Assembly (NCBI RefSeq): GCF_036321535.1 | Contig: NC_087436.1 | Coordinates: 49,168,001-49,232,000 of the forward strand | Direction: 5' to 3' | From: Camelus dromedarius | Taxonomy: Eukaryota | DNA length: 64,000 nt | Part shown: positions 38,591 through 51,279 of the stretch, in pieces | Numbering within the stretch: the stretch's first letter is position 1 | Layout of the letters: each line of letters opens with the position of its first letter | The notes under the pieces: model-generated | Told to the model about the DNA's origin: nothing | Database searches by the model: none | Seen by the model: the letters and a program-made list of their open reading frames with translations, nothing else | Program-made: the position numbers and the translations under genes

Positions 38591-39250
38591 TTCTGCCACA
38601 CTTATTTTCTAATGGTCACTCCTACTCATCATCAATGCCAGTATATTTATCCCATTATAATCCCTCCTACACCAGCCAACTAAAGACCTTCACTGTTTCA
38701 TTTTATTTTTTATGAAGAAAAATTCCATCAGTGATGACTTTGTAGATTGAGTAACATCAATGAAGACTTGGGGTGTTGTAAGGAGGGCTTACATCACACA
38801 GCCATTTGCTTGTCTCACTTGTCAGACTCCACCTCCTTCTAAGTGCCCACACCTCTGATAAAAGACCCTTCTCATGACTTTCAGCCCCCTGAAGGGTATT
38901 GTCGAGTCCTGTCAGTTTGACTACTTTTATGGGGGACATTCTTTTCAGGTTATTCTGCCTGCCTCTGACACCTGGAATTATGGAGAAAAGGCATTTCTCC
39001 TTTCACTGTATTGACACAGAAATGTAATGCTACCAACACTTGGGCCACAGATCAGCAGCAGAGGTGATAACTTCACTCGACAAACAGACATTTACTAGGC
39101 AGCCTCCAAGTACCCAATACTCTAAGGACTGGGGATACAAAGACATAGTAATGAGGTAAATGTTTTTAAAAGTCTTTTCCATTTGAAGGAAAAAAACATT
39201 AAAGTTACAGAACTTGACAACTAGGAAGGCTCTTGGGGGGGACATCTGTG

Positions 39251-39388
39251 TTTTTGTTTATTTTTGCAGGGAGAGGTAATTAGGTTTCTTTCTTTATTTA
39301 ATTTTTTATTTAGCGGAGGTACTGGGAATTGAACCCGGGACTTCACACATGCTAAGCACACAATCTACCACTGAGCTATACCCTCCCC
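39251..39388 (-). mobile_element. Camelid tRNA-derived SINE
   Basis: gaggtaattaggttt...gaggtactgggaattgaaccc...ctaccactgagctataccctcccc; TSD gggg(a/c)catctgt. Confidence 0.92.
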
Positions 39389-39990
39389 TCCAGGGGCCAT
39401 CTGTTTGAACTCTTCATCATTAAACAGATGAGAAAACTAAGGAATACAACTGCACAAGTGATTGATGGCAGGGCTGGGACTGTACCTGTATCTTCAGTCT
39501 CTTAGTTTAGTTCTTTTTCCTGGACATCTTGGAATGTGGAGGTTGTTGATCAAGTGAAGCCATCGGTGAGATGGGCTGGAGAAACACTGAGGGCAAAATC
39601 GTAAGAGGTGCACAGGGAAGGAAGAAATGAAAACAAGCAGGAGATTGTGATGAGAGAAAGTGAAAGAGCACATCTGAAGCCACAGGCCAACAGTGGGCTC
39701 ATGCAGGGTGGGAGTGGTTCAGCAGCAGACTGAGGTGTGGTGCAAAGGGAATGGTGCAGGTGTGCGCGTTAGTAGGCGGGAGAAAGAGAGAGAAATGTAG
39801 AACTGCTGCTTCCTGAAGCTTGATAATGTTTCATCTTGTTTTTTCCAGACTGTCTGCCTCCCAAATTTCCTCTGATGTCACTTTTCTTAATATGACCTAT
39901 GAGATTAAGAACTGGCAAATATTTGAGAAGTCTTGCCATCCTTGTGGGATTCCCAAGGGTAGAGAAAATGAACTGAAATAATGTTTTTAA

Positions 39991-40078
39991 ATTTTTTTCC
40001 TTTTTTTTTAACTGAGGTACTGGGAATTGAACCCAGGACCTCACATATGCTAAGGACCACTGAGCTATACCCCACCCC
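39991..40078 (-). mobile_element. Camelid SINE (short form)
   Basis: gaggtactgggaattgaacccaggacc...ccactgagctatacccc; TSD tgaaataatg(t/c)tttt. Confidence 0.9.
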
Positions 40079-42179
40079 TTTGAAATAATGCTTTTTTAAA
40101 AATCATTCTTTTTATCAAAAACATTTTCGAATCACTGGAGTAGGCTGAATAGCTCCAAATAGTAAAATTAACTATGACAGTGTTAATCAAAGGACCTTAG
40201 ATATGGACAGATACATGATTCCTCCAGTCCGGAAGCTATCCCTCAGACCTCTTAGAAATGGATAGAGAGAGGATTGGAAACCTCTGTATGTTGCCTAGTG
40301 TGTTAAAAATGGAAGTACCCATTAGGCTAAGGAATGTTTTTCCTTACCTCTCTGTTGTATAGTATTTTCATTCTCAATCAGTACACAATTTTTACCTTAC
40401 ATGGGAATTGGTAAACCCCACCAGTTACAACCCTATATTTTTTAAAGGTTTATTGCTTCCAAGGAATAAAAACCCATTTATGCTGGAGTAGAATATGAAC
40501 ATTTAAGAACAAAAAATGATATGGAGCAAGGTAATACAGAAACTAGAACTGGAAATTCAAGAAGTGAGCTGCTTCCTCTGTGATTTAAGTCTGCAAGTTC
40601 TTTCAGACCTGCTTTTAAACATCTCTTCCCAAACCTAAATGATTTTATCAACACATGGCTCAATATGGTGGCTCCAGCCCAACTCTACATGATCCTTCTT
40701 ATACTTCTTGTACCCATGATCATGTTATTGGAGTCCTTGTGTCTCACAGCTTAGAGGGAATTTGATTCACTGTGCTTAGCTTACATCTTGATTCCCCTTT
40801 AAAACGTGTCCACTGTTGGTCAGCTTAGAAGTGGTGAGACAGGAAGGAAGGAGTGATGAAAGCCCCTTTCTCCAGGAAGGCAATATGGTTTGCTGTTTCT
40901 AGGGAAAGCCCATGTACTTGGCTCTAAATTGTTTTTTTTCAAGATCAGAGTTTTGAAGAGCAAACAAAACACACTTTCCAGCTCATTAAGCGTTTCTCTA
41001 GTAGTCCTTGGGTCTGGGATTCAGGTCTTCTGAGTGAGCACTTGAGAAATTTAGAATTAGGACTAGGGATCTCATCAGAGAAGGTGAGAAAAGGTTAAGA
41101 GTGTGGGGATTGTGGGGCTGTGTTTCCTGAAGCTGTAAATGACAGTAGTCACAATGTGCAATGGTCTTTATGTCCCTGACTCTTTCACATGGCCTAAATT
41201 TAGAACAAAATCTGGGTAGGTTTTTAAAGAAATATGTATTTGACATGGTGAGACACCACCTCTCCAAAAATAAAAGCCAGTTTGAGAGAGTAAATAAAAT
41301 TGGGCTGTAGTGGAAGAATGTGCCAGCTGAGGAGTGGGAATGAGGTTTGTTTGTTTTTGTCTGTAGGTTTTGATAAGTGATGATTTCCTAGAATTCTATC
41401 TGCTTTTTTGTGAAGATCTGAGCGTCTAATGCAAAGCATCATTCATATCTCCTAGTAATGTCTGCCGAATCTGGTGGGTTATAAAGAAGCATTATTGATT
41501 TACATTATGAGAAATCAATTCAAGTCACCCAGACGTTTAGCTCCAGGATGCCTTTGGTTCCTGTAATGGCAGGCGGCTGTTCATTGCTGAGGCCAAAACA
41601 AAGTAGCAAGGGAGCCCAATTACAGCCCTGGGGAAAGGGTTCTCAGGGAAGTCATGTGGTCTCCTTCGCTGCCTTCCTGTGGCCTGGAGGGAGGAGCTGC
41701 GCCATTCGTCCCCAGTCTGCGGCAGCAGGAGCACGAGTGCGGCTCTTGGTGATTTCGACTCCCCTGTCCTTTTGATTGAATCCATGCTCCCTCACGCCTT
41801 TAATAAAACCATTTCCCACAGTGCTGAGCAGCTGTCCTCACGTGAAGATGCTCCGGGAAAGAACGGCAGAGGCTAGAAACCTTCTTCCTTTCCTTTGTTT
41901 ATAATAATCAGACTTGTTCACTGAAGACAAAACTCGCACCTAGGAAAGAGGAGAGCAGATAGACGTGGGTGAAAGAGTGAGCCAGAGAGGATGCAGGAGT
42001 GCAGTGGAGGAGCTTTTTCAGAAGCCCTCCTGTGAAGGCTGTGCTCTTAAGGGCATCTGGCTTCCTTGTGTGCGTGACGATTGAAAGTGGTTAGTAAAGT
42101 GCTTTGGATCCAATAGGTTTCTTAAAGAGATAGGACAGAGGCATTATGTTTGTTAGAATTTTTTTTCTCATTTTTAAAA

Positions 42180-43160
42180 TTTTTAAAAAATTTTTTTATT
42201 TAAGTATAGTCATATCAATTTCTGGTGTACAGCATAATGTTTCAGTCATACATATACATACATATTCCTTTCCATATTCTTTTTCACTTTGGTTACTACA
42301 AGATATTGAATATAGTTCCCTGTGCTGTACAGTTAGAAACTTGCTTATATATTTTATATTTAATAGTATCTCCAAATCTTGAACTCCCAATTTATCCCTT
42401 TCCACCCTTTTTCCCCCTTGGTAACCATAAGTTTGTTTTCTTTGTCTGTGAGTCTGTTTCTGTTTTGTAAATATTATTTGTGTCCTTTTTTTTAGATTCC
42501 ACATATAAGTGATATATGGCATTTTTCTTTCTCTTTCTGGCTTACTTAGAATGATGATCTTCAGGTCCATCCATGTTGCAGCAAATGGCATTATTTTTAT
42601 TCTTTTTTATGGCTGAGTAGTATTCTATTGTATAAATATAACACAACTTTTGTATCTGTTCATCTGTTGATGGACATTTAGGTTGCTTCCATGTCTTGGC
42701 TATTGTAAATAGTGCTTCTATGAATATTGGAGTGCACGTGCCTTTTCAAATTAGAGTTCTCTTGAGATCTTTGCCCAGGAGTGGGATTGTTGGATCATAT
42801 GGTGAGTCTATTTTTAGTTTTTAGAGGAATCTCCATACTATTTTCCATAATGGCTGCACCAAACTACATTCCCACCAACAGTGTAGGAGGGTTCCCTTTT
42901 CTTCACACCCTCTCCAGCGTTTATCGTTTGTGCACATTTTAGTGATGGCCATTCTGACTGGTGTGAAGTGATTCCTTATTGTGGTTTTGATTTGCATTTC
43001 TTTGATAATTAGTGATATTGAGCATTTTTTCATGTGCCTCTTGGCCATTTGTATGTCTTCACTGGACAATTGCTTGTTTAGATCTTCTGCCCATTTTTGG
43101 ATTGGGTTGTTTTTTTTTTGTTATTAGATTGTATAAGCTGTTTGTATATTCTGGAAATTA
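42180..43160 (-). mobile_element. Young L1, 5'-truncated
   Basis: ORF2 peptides [27 protein letters not shown]...LHCWWEC and MPFAATWMDL, plus 3'UTR. Confidence 0.95.
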
Positions 43161-44050
43161 ATGGCTGTTAGATTTAACACATCTGCCAAAAAGAAAACAT
43201 TATCAGAGTTGTCTAAGCAGTTTCTCATGTATCTTAACTATGACTTATTTACTTATTTTTATCTGCTCATATTTTTCTGGTTTCATGTGTAGAATTTTCA
43301 TGTGTAGAGAATGAGGTAGAAGTAACAAGAGTATATGATAAAAGGAAACCACGTTACTCTTCCCATCAAGAGAAGATTTAGTTCTCCCCTTTGTTCCTCC
43401 GATCATCTCCCTTAGTCTGGGAATAAAATATAGCAAGAAGAAAACAGTGGGCAATAATGTATCAACCCACTGGCTTGGGTGGGGAAGGTAGGACCCATAA
43501 GAAGGAAAAATGAATATAGCTCAGAGGTCCAATCTTCTGAACTACAGTGGACTGGTTGGCCTGTTACTTTGGGAATTTGATAGGCAAAATATAATAGTGT
43601 ATATCATTGGATTTCTGTTAAAGTTTTCCAGTTGTAGCTAATCTTCTAGATTTTAGATTTTCATGGCAAGAAAAATATCCTCAATGCCTAAATCCTGGAT
43701 GTTTTTATTCCATTTGAAAGAAACTGATTAGGCTTTTCTGGTGATTCTGGAATAGTATATGGAAGTCACTTCTATAATGTGATCGACACACCTTTTGCCT
43801 TAAAATAAACCACCACCTAAGTTCCTAAAAGGGGGAATACAGAACAGCTGATAAAAACAAGGTCGTATGTTTATAAGCTATGAGAAATTGTTTCTATTGT
43901 CAAAAGCTAACTTTTCTGGACTCTTTATTTTTGCTCTATTTAAAAAAAATGTTTTTAAAGTTTGGATGAAAGGCTGCTATCCTAAAAGTAGGAAAATATT
44001 TCAGCTACATTATCTTAGCTGTGATGAGTTTTGGTAGTGACTGATGGGTA

Positions 44051-44240
44051 CAAATCTGTCAGCTTCATTTCTTGAAGAACAAATTGTCAATCTACACTGT
44101 AGAAGACAAAATTGTCAGCTATGTCTCTGGATGAGCAAAATTATTGGTTGCGTCCCTGGAAGGTGAAAATCCTTGGAGTAAGAGAAAATTGTCAGATGCA
44201 TATTTTCAAGACAGAATTGTTGGCCATGTCAGTTAAATAA
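44051..44240. repeat. Degenerate ~29-bp tandem repeat (~7 units)
   Basis: Units begin at 44051, 44080, 44107, 44136, 44165, 44184 and 44212 with a core resembling caaaattgtcagct. Confidence 0.65.
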
Positions 44241-45439
44241 CAGGTTACTATTATTTTACTGCTGCACTGTGAAATTTACCATTTTTATCCCCTTTGCCAC
44301 TGGGATTGACAGAGTGAACTCCATCCAGATTGTCATGTGCTTTGGTACTTAGCAGGGACAGATGTGCCACATGTGCTTTTGTATTATGGCTGGAAAGATA
44401 GATACATATGGGCAAATAACCAGATAGTACATGATAAAATGTTGCTTATGTCAATGGAGAAAGAGCTATTCTGGATTTCTTTAATGGGCCCTACAATTCA
44501 GAATGAATGGCAGCTAGGGCAGCTGGAGGTGGGACAGAGGCACAGGGAGTGGGGCAGTCATTACTGTAGCACTATCTTTAATGACATGGCTGGTGACAGG
44601 TTTGTGCTAAGTCGGTAATCCCCTTCTGAGTTATGTTGTTTGGCTCTGGGGTGTGTGTGTGTGCATGTGAGACAGACAGACAGACTATATTTCTACAATG
44701 ACTCCCATTCAACTAGCAAGAGGTTTTTCTGATAGAGGAAGTTAGCATCAAGAATAAAAAGCAAATAGATGAGAATATCTTGTGTAAACCTACATAACAA
44801 AAGTTTTCAAGTCATATTTGAGAAACTAGCCTGATAACACCGCCAAAATGGGGTAGATTAAACTCCGTTATTGGAAGGATTTGAATTCCCTTTCCAATTT
44901 CTGAAATACTAACACTGGATGCATTTTATTATTTGAGACAAAATGATATACTTCAACTTCTCAGGAATCTCTGGGGTAGCCCCAGAAATTAGCTGTGCTT
45001 TATTTTCATTCTGTGGGCTTGTGATTGTGGTTATAAAAGGCAGGTCCAATTTTGAGTCTAAACTAAGGAAGTTGAAAATGTTGAGCTTCGGGATTCCCAA
45101 AGTTTGTTCTTTAGCAAAACTAATCCACTTACCTGTATTGTGATAGACACTCAGGCTCACAAACTGTCCGTGGCTTTCCAATGCCTACGGATAAAGGGAA
45201 TATGCCCTAGACTAGAATCCAAGACATAGGATTAACCTAACTTTAATCCTGACCTTGATTCTTCCCATTTGAGTTTTTTGGGGTCTAGAGCAAGGATATC
45301 TTTATGTCTGATGTATTAAAAAGAGCACTTCCTCCTTTGTACTCTGAGCAGTTATTGCCACCCTATACTACCAATTTGGCCCTGATTATATATTGTCTTT
45401 GTTACTTATGTATTTAATATTTTTAAGGGCTAAGTGTTA

Positions 45440-45980
45440 GTTACTGTACCTTATGTTAGTAATACGGTAGATAAGACATGTGCCCAGCTTCTTGGCCATT
45501 GTGGTTCAATAAGGGAATGGGAGAAGAAAACAGGTAATTATAACAGGGGACAAGAAGTGTTATGATGGGGAAGAGCAGGGCACAGTGAGAGCAGACAGGA
45601 GGAGACTCAGACTCAGGGTTCAGAAGGACAAGTCTTCCCTATGGAAGTGACCTTTAGACTGATACCTGAAGAAAGGGAAGAGTCAGCCAACCAGGGTGAG
45701 AGAGCTTAGTTTGGGAAGGAAATTGTGGCGGGATCCTTTACTGAACCAGTAACCTGAGGTCTTGCTCCCTGTACCTCCACCTTTCTCCTTATTCTGAGCA
45801 AGTGGACTCTACCCTGTGAGATGGGGATGGTGAAAGATGAGGAGGGTGCCTATCATGAGGGCCATACCAAGGTGTTTGAACCTTCTCTCATAAGGAGCCA
45901 CTGAAGAGAGGGACATAGAGGAGGGACAAGATCAAATCTGCATTTCAGAAACATCGCTCTGGTTTCAGGGGTAAAAGATT
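45440..45980 (-). mobile_element. L2 fragments
   Basis: ggaagtgacctttagactgatacctgaag, ggagccactgaag and gatcaaatctgcatttcagaaacatcgctctgg. Confidence 0.7.
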
Positions 45981-47289
45981 CGAAGTCAGATAACCAAATA
46001 GTGTGATTTTTGCCTCTTGTAGTGTTGCGTCCATTTTAGCATTTGTCTTAGATTTCTCATTTTTTAACAAATTAAGAACTTCACTTTATTACTTCTAGCT
46101 TCTCCCATGGGCTCTTCTTCGAGTGTTTGAGGTATATGTCAGTAAACAGAATTCTCACCTTAACATGTGGTTGAGTCTGAAAGGCACCTCCCTTTCAAGG
46201 GCAGCACACAAGGCCTTCATGGTAAAGCAGCCCAGTGGGTGACTACATTGAAGTCCTTTAGGTCTCGAGTGGTGGGAGAAGTATATAAAACTGCTGTCCT
46301 ACTGATGCAATGGTGCCAGCCTGTGAGGTGCAGGGAACGGTCCTGGTCAGTGGAAAACAAGGGACGATAGAGGTTAAATGGACATGAAATAATGAGCAGA
46401 AAATAGAAGCTGGGTGGTCTTGCTGTAGCACATAAAGAGAGAAGTCCCACTACAATGTTTTTTTCGCTTATTGGCTGTCATAAATCTATATTTATTTTAT
46501 TTTATTATTTAATAGCCTTTTATTTGGCAATAAACCCTTTCAGGAGTTATGAGTTCAAAAAAATCAAAAGCACATGTTCAGTGAAAAATGAAGTGCTGAC
46601 TGTTGTTTCTCAAGAAAGTTATTGATTGACCAACAGAACAATTAAACAATTAAACAAAATATCACTAACCTAAGGAAAACCAGAAGACAGAAATCCCTGA
46701 AAAATGATGTATTTCAAAACTTAGTATTTATAAGAAAACTGTGTATAGCTCCAGTCTGACGTGTGTGGAGGCAGTAAGTGCATTTATCACTGTGAACTTG
46801 TCATTTGATCAAATGACTGTTCTGTTCATGTTCACCTCCAGGTTTTCTAGTGCATGTACAAAAGTGAAGTGATAACTATGCTCCATTAGCAGAAGAAAAA
46901 TTCTCAGTCAGTGAAATGATGCCGGTTTTGTATCAGTGTTATCAGATGCCTGAAATAGAAAATCTGTTAATTCCAATAATAATCCTTTAAAAAAGATAAA
47001 TCATGTATTCAGAGCAAACTTTTTGAAAGTTCATTTGATTGGCGTGATTGTGACTGATAGTTTGCAAATTTAGTTTAAAAAGAAGTTCAGCTTTGAACGA
47101 TAAATTATTTTGTGATAAGATAAATACAAATTTTGGTGAAACATAGGCATGAGGTAATAATTACTGTTTTTTTACTCAATTAAGAAATTATGAAGCTGAA
47201 TTCTACTTGGACTGATTGTGGTGCACACATACATTATAGTTGCAGCTAAACAAGCTGTGTTATTCTACTAATCAGATACATTTTTGTTA

Positions 47290-47419
47290 TTTTTTTTTTC
47301 CTTTGTTGGGGAGGTGGTAATTAGATTTGTTTGTTTGTTTATATGGAGGTACTGGGGATTGAACCCAGGACCTTGTGCATGTTAAACACATACTCTATGA
47401 CTGAGCTATACCTTTCCCC
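47290..47419 (-). mobile_element. Camelid tRNA-derived SINE
   Basis: ggtaattagattt...ggaggtactggggattgaacccaggacc...ctgagctatacctttcccc. Confidence 0.9.
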
Positions 47420-47671
47420 TATTTTTATATATTCAGAGTCATTATAAATTTTTATGATGTGGATGATGTTGAATACAGAAAGCTACTTTTTCGTGTCAGA
47501 ACTTATGTTTCTTCTCTTCACTGCTCATCACCGATTGGATTTTAGAAATGCCTGAATCTTTGAAGGACCCTTTGTAAATCAGCCTAATATACTTGCAGTG
47601 ATTCTAAACTTTTTGGAGAAAATGTCTTTAAATTTTGAATGCATTTTGTTTAAAATAAATTGGGAATTTTA

Positions 47672-48380
47672 TTTTATTCTTTTTTTCTTTTTTTAAATTT
47701 TTTTTAATTGAAGTATAGTCAGTTTACAATGTTGTCAGTTTCTGGTGTACAGCACAATGTCCCAGTCGTGTTTTCATATTCTTTCTCATTAAAAGTTGTT
47801 ACAAGATATTGAATATAGTTCTCTGTGCAGAATAAATTTTTTTAATCTATTTTCATACATAGTGGTGAACATTTGTAAATCTCAAACTGCCAGATTTATC
47901 CCTTTCCACCCTCTTTCCCCTGGTAATCATGTTTGTTTCCATGGCTGTGAGTCTGTTTGTTTTGTAAATAAGTTCATTTGTCTTTTTTTTTTGGATTCCA
48001 CATATGAGTGATATCATATGGTATTTTTCTTTCTCTTTCTGGCTTACTTCACTTAGAATAATGATTGCCAGATCCATCCATGTTGCTGCAAATGGCGTTA
48101 TTTTACTCTTTTTTTTAATCGCTGAGTAGTATTCCATTATATGTATATATACGACAACTTCTTCATCCAGTCATCTGTTAATGGACATTTAGATTGTTTC
48201 CATGCCTTGGCTATTGTAAATAGTGCTGCTATGAACATTGGGGTGCATGTGACTTTTTGAATTAAGGTTGCCTCTGGGTATATGCCCAGGAACGGGATTG
48301 CTGGATCATATGGTAAGTCTGTTTTTAGTTTTTTGAGGAATCTCCATACTGTTTTTCATAATGGCTGCACCAAACTACAT
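47672..48380 (-). mobile_element. Young L1, 5'-truncated, with perfect TSD
   Basis: ORF2 C-terminus MEYYSAIKK...PFAATWMDL; TSD taaaataaattgggaatttt at 47651-47670 and 48381-48400. Confidence 0.95.
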
Positions 48381-49149
48381 TAAAATAAATTGGGAATTTT
48401 AAATCCAAGTATTTAACAAATAGAGCAACCCAAATATAAGTTTTTAATAAATCACAATTATTGTGAGGGGGAAGCTTTGAAACAGGAAGACATTTATTTT
48501 ATCCCTGAAAAAGCAAGAGAAAAATGGACAGAATGAGGACTCAAGTGGTATATGATATTTCATTCTGAAGTTTTAAATTTCATTTTACAATATTTCTACT
48601 TGTGGGAAGACTTTTAATGGAGCGCCTGTTTTCAAATGAATAAATTTATATTCCATATATCAAGATGGAAGGAAATGGAGATTTATGATTTTCAGCATTT
48701 AAATTTGGTAAAACATTCAAAAGATCATAGAGGCAACTTTTTGGCCAAATTTATTCTTTATAAAACTATGTATCAAAGAAAGGCATTCTTTAGTATGAAA
48801 ATATTTAAGCTGAAATATCTACATTTTCAATATACAAAATTCAACATTGGTCTGGGCTGATCAGCTACCATACACAGTATTTTTTCAGTAAAAATATGAA
48901 CTGTAGGAAAAGTAAAAGCTTCAAATTTGTTGACTATGATATGCAACTATAAAGATTTCAGATAATTTTATAACAAAAATTTCAAATAAATTAGAAAAAT
49001 AATGTTCATATAGTGTTAAAATGGATACCACTAAGAAAGTGAATACAGCACATAAAAATGTACCAGGAATAATTCTACTAATGTGATTTTTAGTTTCAAA
49101 TAACCCACATAAAGAATTTTTTGCTTTAATATATAAGAGTGTTATTTTT

Positions 49150-49775
49150 TAGAATTATATTTATTGTGGTAAAAAATTAGCAAAATCAGCCATTTTAACC
49201 ATTGTCAAGTCAGTGGCATTGATTACGTTAGCCGTGTTATGTAACCATTGCCACTGTTTCCAAAACTTGTCATTAGCCCAAACAGAAACTATGTACCCAT
49301 TAAGCAAAACTTCCCTATTGCCCCAGCCCCTGGTAACCTCTAATCTGCTTTCTGTGTGTATGAATTTGCCTGTTCTGTTATTTTATGCAAGTGGAATCAT
49401 ACAATATTTGTCCTCTTGTATCTGGCTACTGTCACTTAGCGTAATGTTTCCAGCTTTCATCAGCATTTTACACGTATCAGAACTTCATTCCTTTATACAT
49501 CTGAAGAATATTCCATTGTATGTACATACCACAATTTGTTTATGAATGCATCTATTGATGAACACTTGAATTGTTCCCACTTTTTGGCTATTACGAGTAA
49601 TGCTGCAATGAACATTGGTGTATGAATATGTTTGATATTCTAGGTATATATCTAAGAGCATCATTGCTAGGCCACGTGATAGTCTGATGTTTTGCATTTT
49701 GAGGACCTGCCATACTGTTTTCCACAGTGGCTGTGCCATTTTACATTCCTACCAGCAATGCACAAGGACTTCAAG
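49150..49775 (-). mobile_element. L1MB-like 3' end
   Basis: ccagcccctggtaacctctaatctgctttctg, gtggaatcatacaatatttgtcc and ttccacagtggctgtgccattttacattcctaccagcaatg. Confidence 0.88.
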
Positions 49776-50420
49776 TTCTAATCAATGAATTCAATATAGT
49801 TGGAGGATGAAAAATTAATATGTAGAAATCTGTTGTATCTGTATACACTGACAACAGACTATCAGAAAGAGAAATTTAGAAAGCAATCCTATTAACAATT
49901 GCATCAAAAAATAAAATATTTAGCAATAAATCTAACTAAAGAGGGAAAAGATTTATACTAGGAAAACTGTAAGACACTGAAGAAAGAAACTGAAGATGAC
50001 ACAAGCAAATGAAAAGATACACCATACTCACTGATTGGAAGAATTGGTATTGTTAAAATGACCATACTACCCAAGGTAATCAGCAGATTCAGTGCAATCC
50101 CTATCAAAATACTAATGGCATTTTTCACAAAACTAGAACAAATAATCCTAAAATTTGTATGGAAGCACAAAAGACCCCAAATAGACAATCTTGAGAGAAA
50201 GGAACAAAGCTGAAGGTATCATGTGCCCTGACTTCAAACTATACTACAAAGCTGCAGTAATCAAAACAGTGTGACACACACACTCATGCACGCATGCACA
50301 AATCAATGGAACAGAATAGAGGGCCCAGGGTGAACCTACATTTATATGGTCAATAATCTATGAGAATGGAGGCAAGAATATGGAATGGGGAAAAAGCAGC
50401 CTCTTCAATAAATGGTGTTG
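49776..50420 (+). mobile_element. L1 ORF2 internal fragment
   Basis: ttggaagaattggtattgttaaaatgaccatactacccaagg...gacttcaaactatactacaaagct...cttcaataaatggtgttgg. Confidence 0.9.
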
Positions 50421-50783
50421 GTTTTCTGTGCATAAGTCTTTCACCTCCTTGGTAAGGTTTATCCCTAAGTTTTTTTTGTTTTTTTGGTTTTTTTTTGGCT
50501 GCAATTTTAAAAGGGATTTTTTTTTCCTTTTGTGATATTTCATTGTCGGTGTAAGGAAATGCAACAGATTTCTGTATGTTAATCTTGTGTCCTACTACTT
50601 AGCTTAATTCATTTATCAGCTCTAGTATTTTTTGTGTGGCGTCTTTAGGGTTTTCTATATATAGGATCATGTCATCTGCATATAGTGACAATTTTACCTC
50701 TTCTCTTCCAATGTGGATCCCTTTTTTCTCTTTATCTTGTCTGATTTCTGTGGCTAGGACTTTCAATACCACATTGAATAGAA
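50421..50783 (-). mobile_element. L1 ORF2 reverse-transcriptase fragment
   Basis: [15 protein letters not shown]...[19 protein letters not shown] (YADD motif). Confidence 0.92.
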
Positions 50784-50879
50784 GCGTCTCCAGCTTTCTT
50801 GACACCTGATGATTTAACTCAGGGCTTGGCAGACCTTTTCTGTGAAGGGCAGGAGAGCATCTATTTTCACCTTTAGGGA

Positions 50880-51190
50880 CTGTTTCAGGCCTGCTGGTAG
50901 GAGGGGCTGGGTCCTGGAATGGCTGCCTGTGGACCCATGGGGGTCCCAGGGCAGCTGGCTGTGGGGCTCAGATGATCCTAGGTCAGCACCTAGCTCGTCA
51001 GCACCAGCTGATGAGCAGGTAAGTCCCTCAGGGGTAATAGGCTAGAGGAAGGAATCCAAAATGGCACTTGCCAGCACCAGCATCCTCATGGTAGAATGAG
51101 CTCCCCAAAATGGCTGCCACCAGCATCTATGTCCCCAGGGGGAGTCCCAGTTGCCTCTTGTCTCTCTGGGAGACTCTCCAAGATCAGTAG
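50880..51190 (-). mobile_element. L1 5'-region fragment (probable)
   Basis: ccaaaatggctgccaccagcatctatgtccccaggggg...ctctccaagatcag resembles the 5'UTR of old L1s. Confidence 0.5.
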
Positions 51191-51279
51191 AAAAGTACTT
51201 TTTCTAAGGAGATCTTAGGATGAATTATACTTACACTTAAAAGGACTTCAGTACATCTTTATTAACTGAATGAGCTAAT

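Noticed and set aside
44051..44240. Repeat-spacer-like pattern considered as CRISPR
   Set aside because: Mammalian context, degenerate repeats, period too short and no cas genes.
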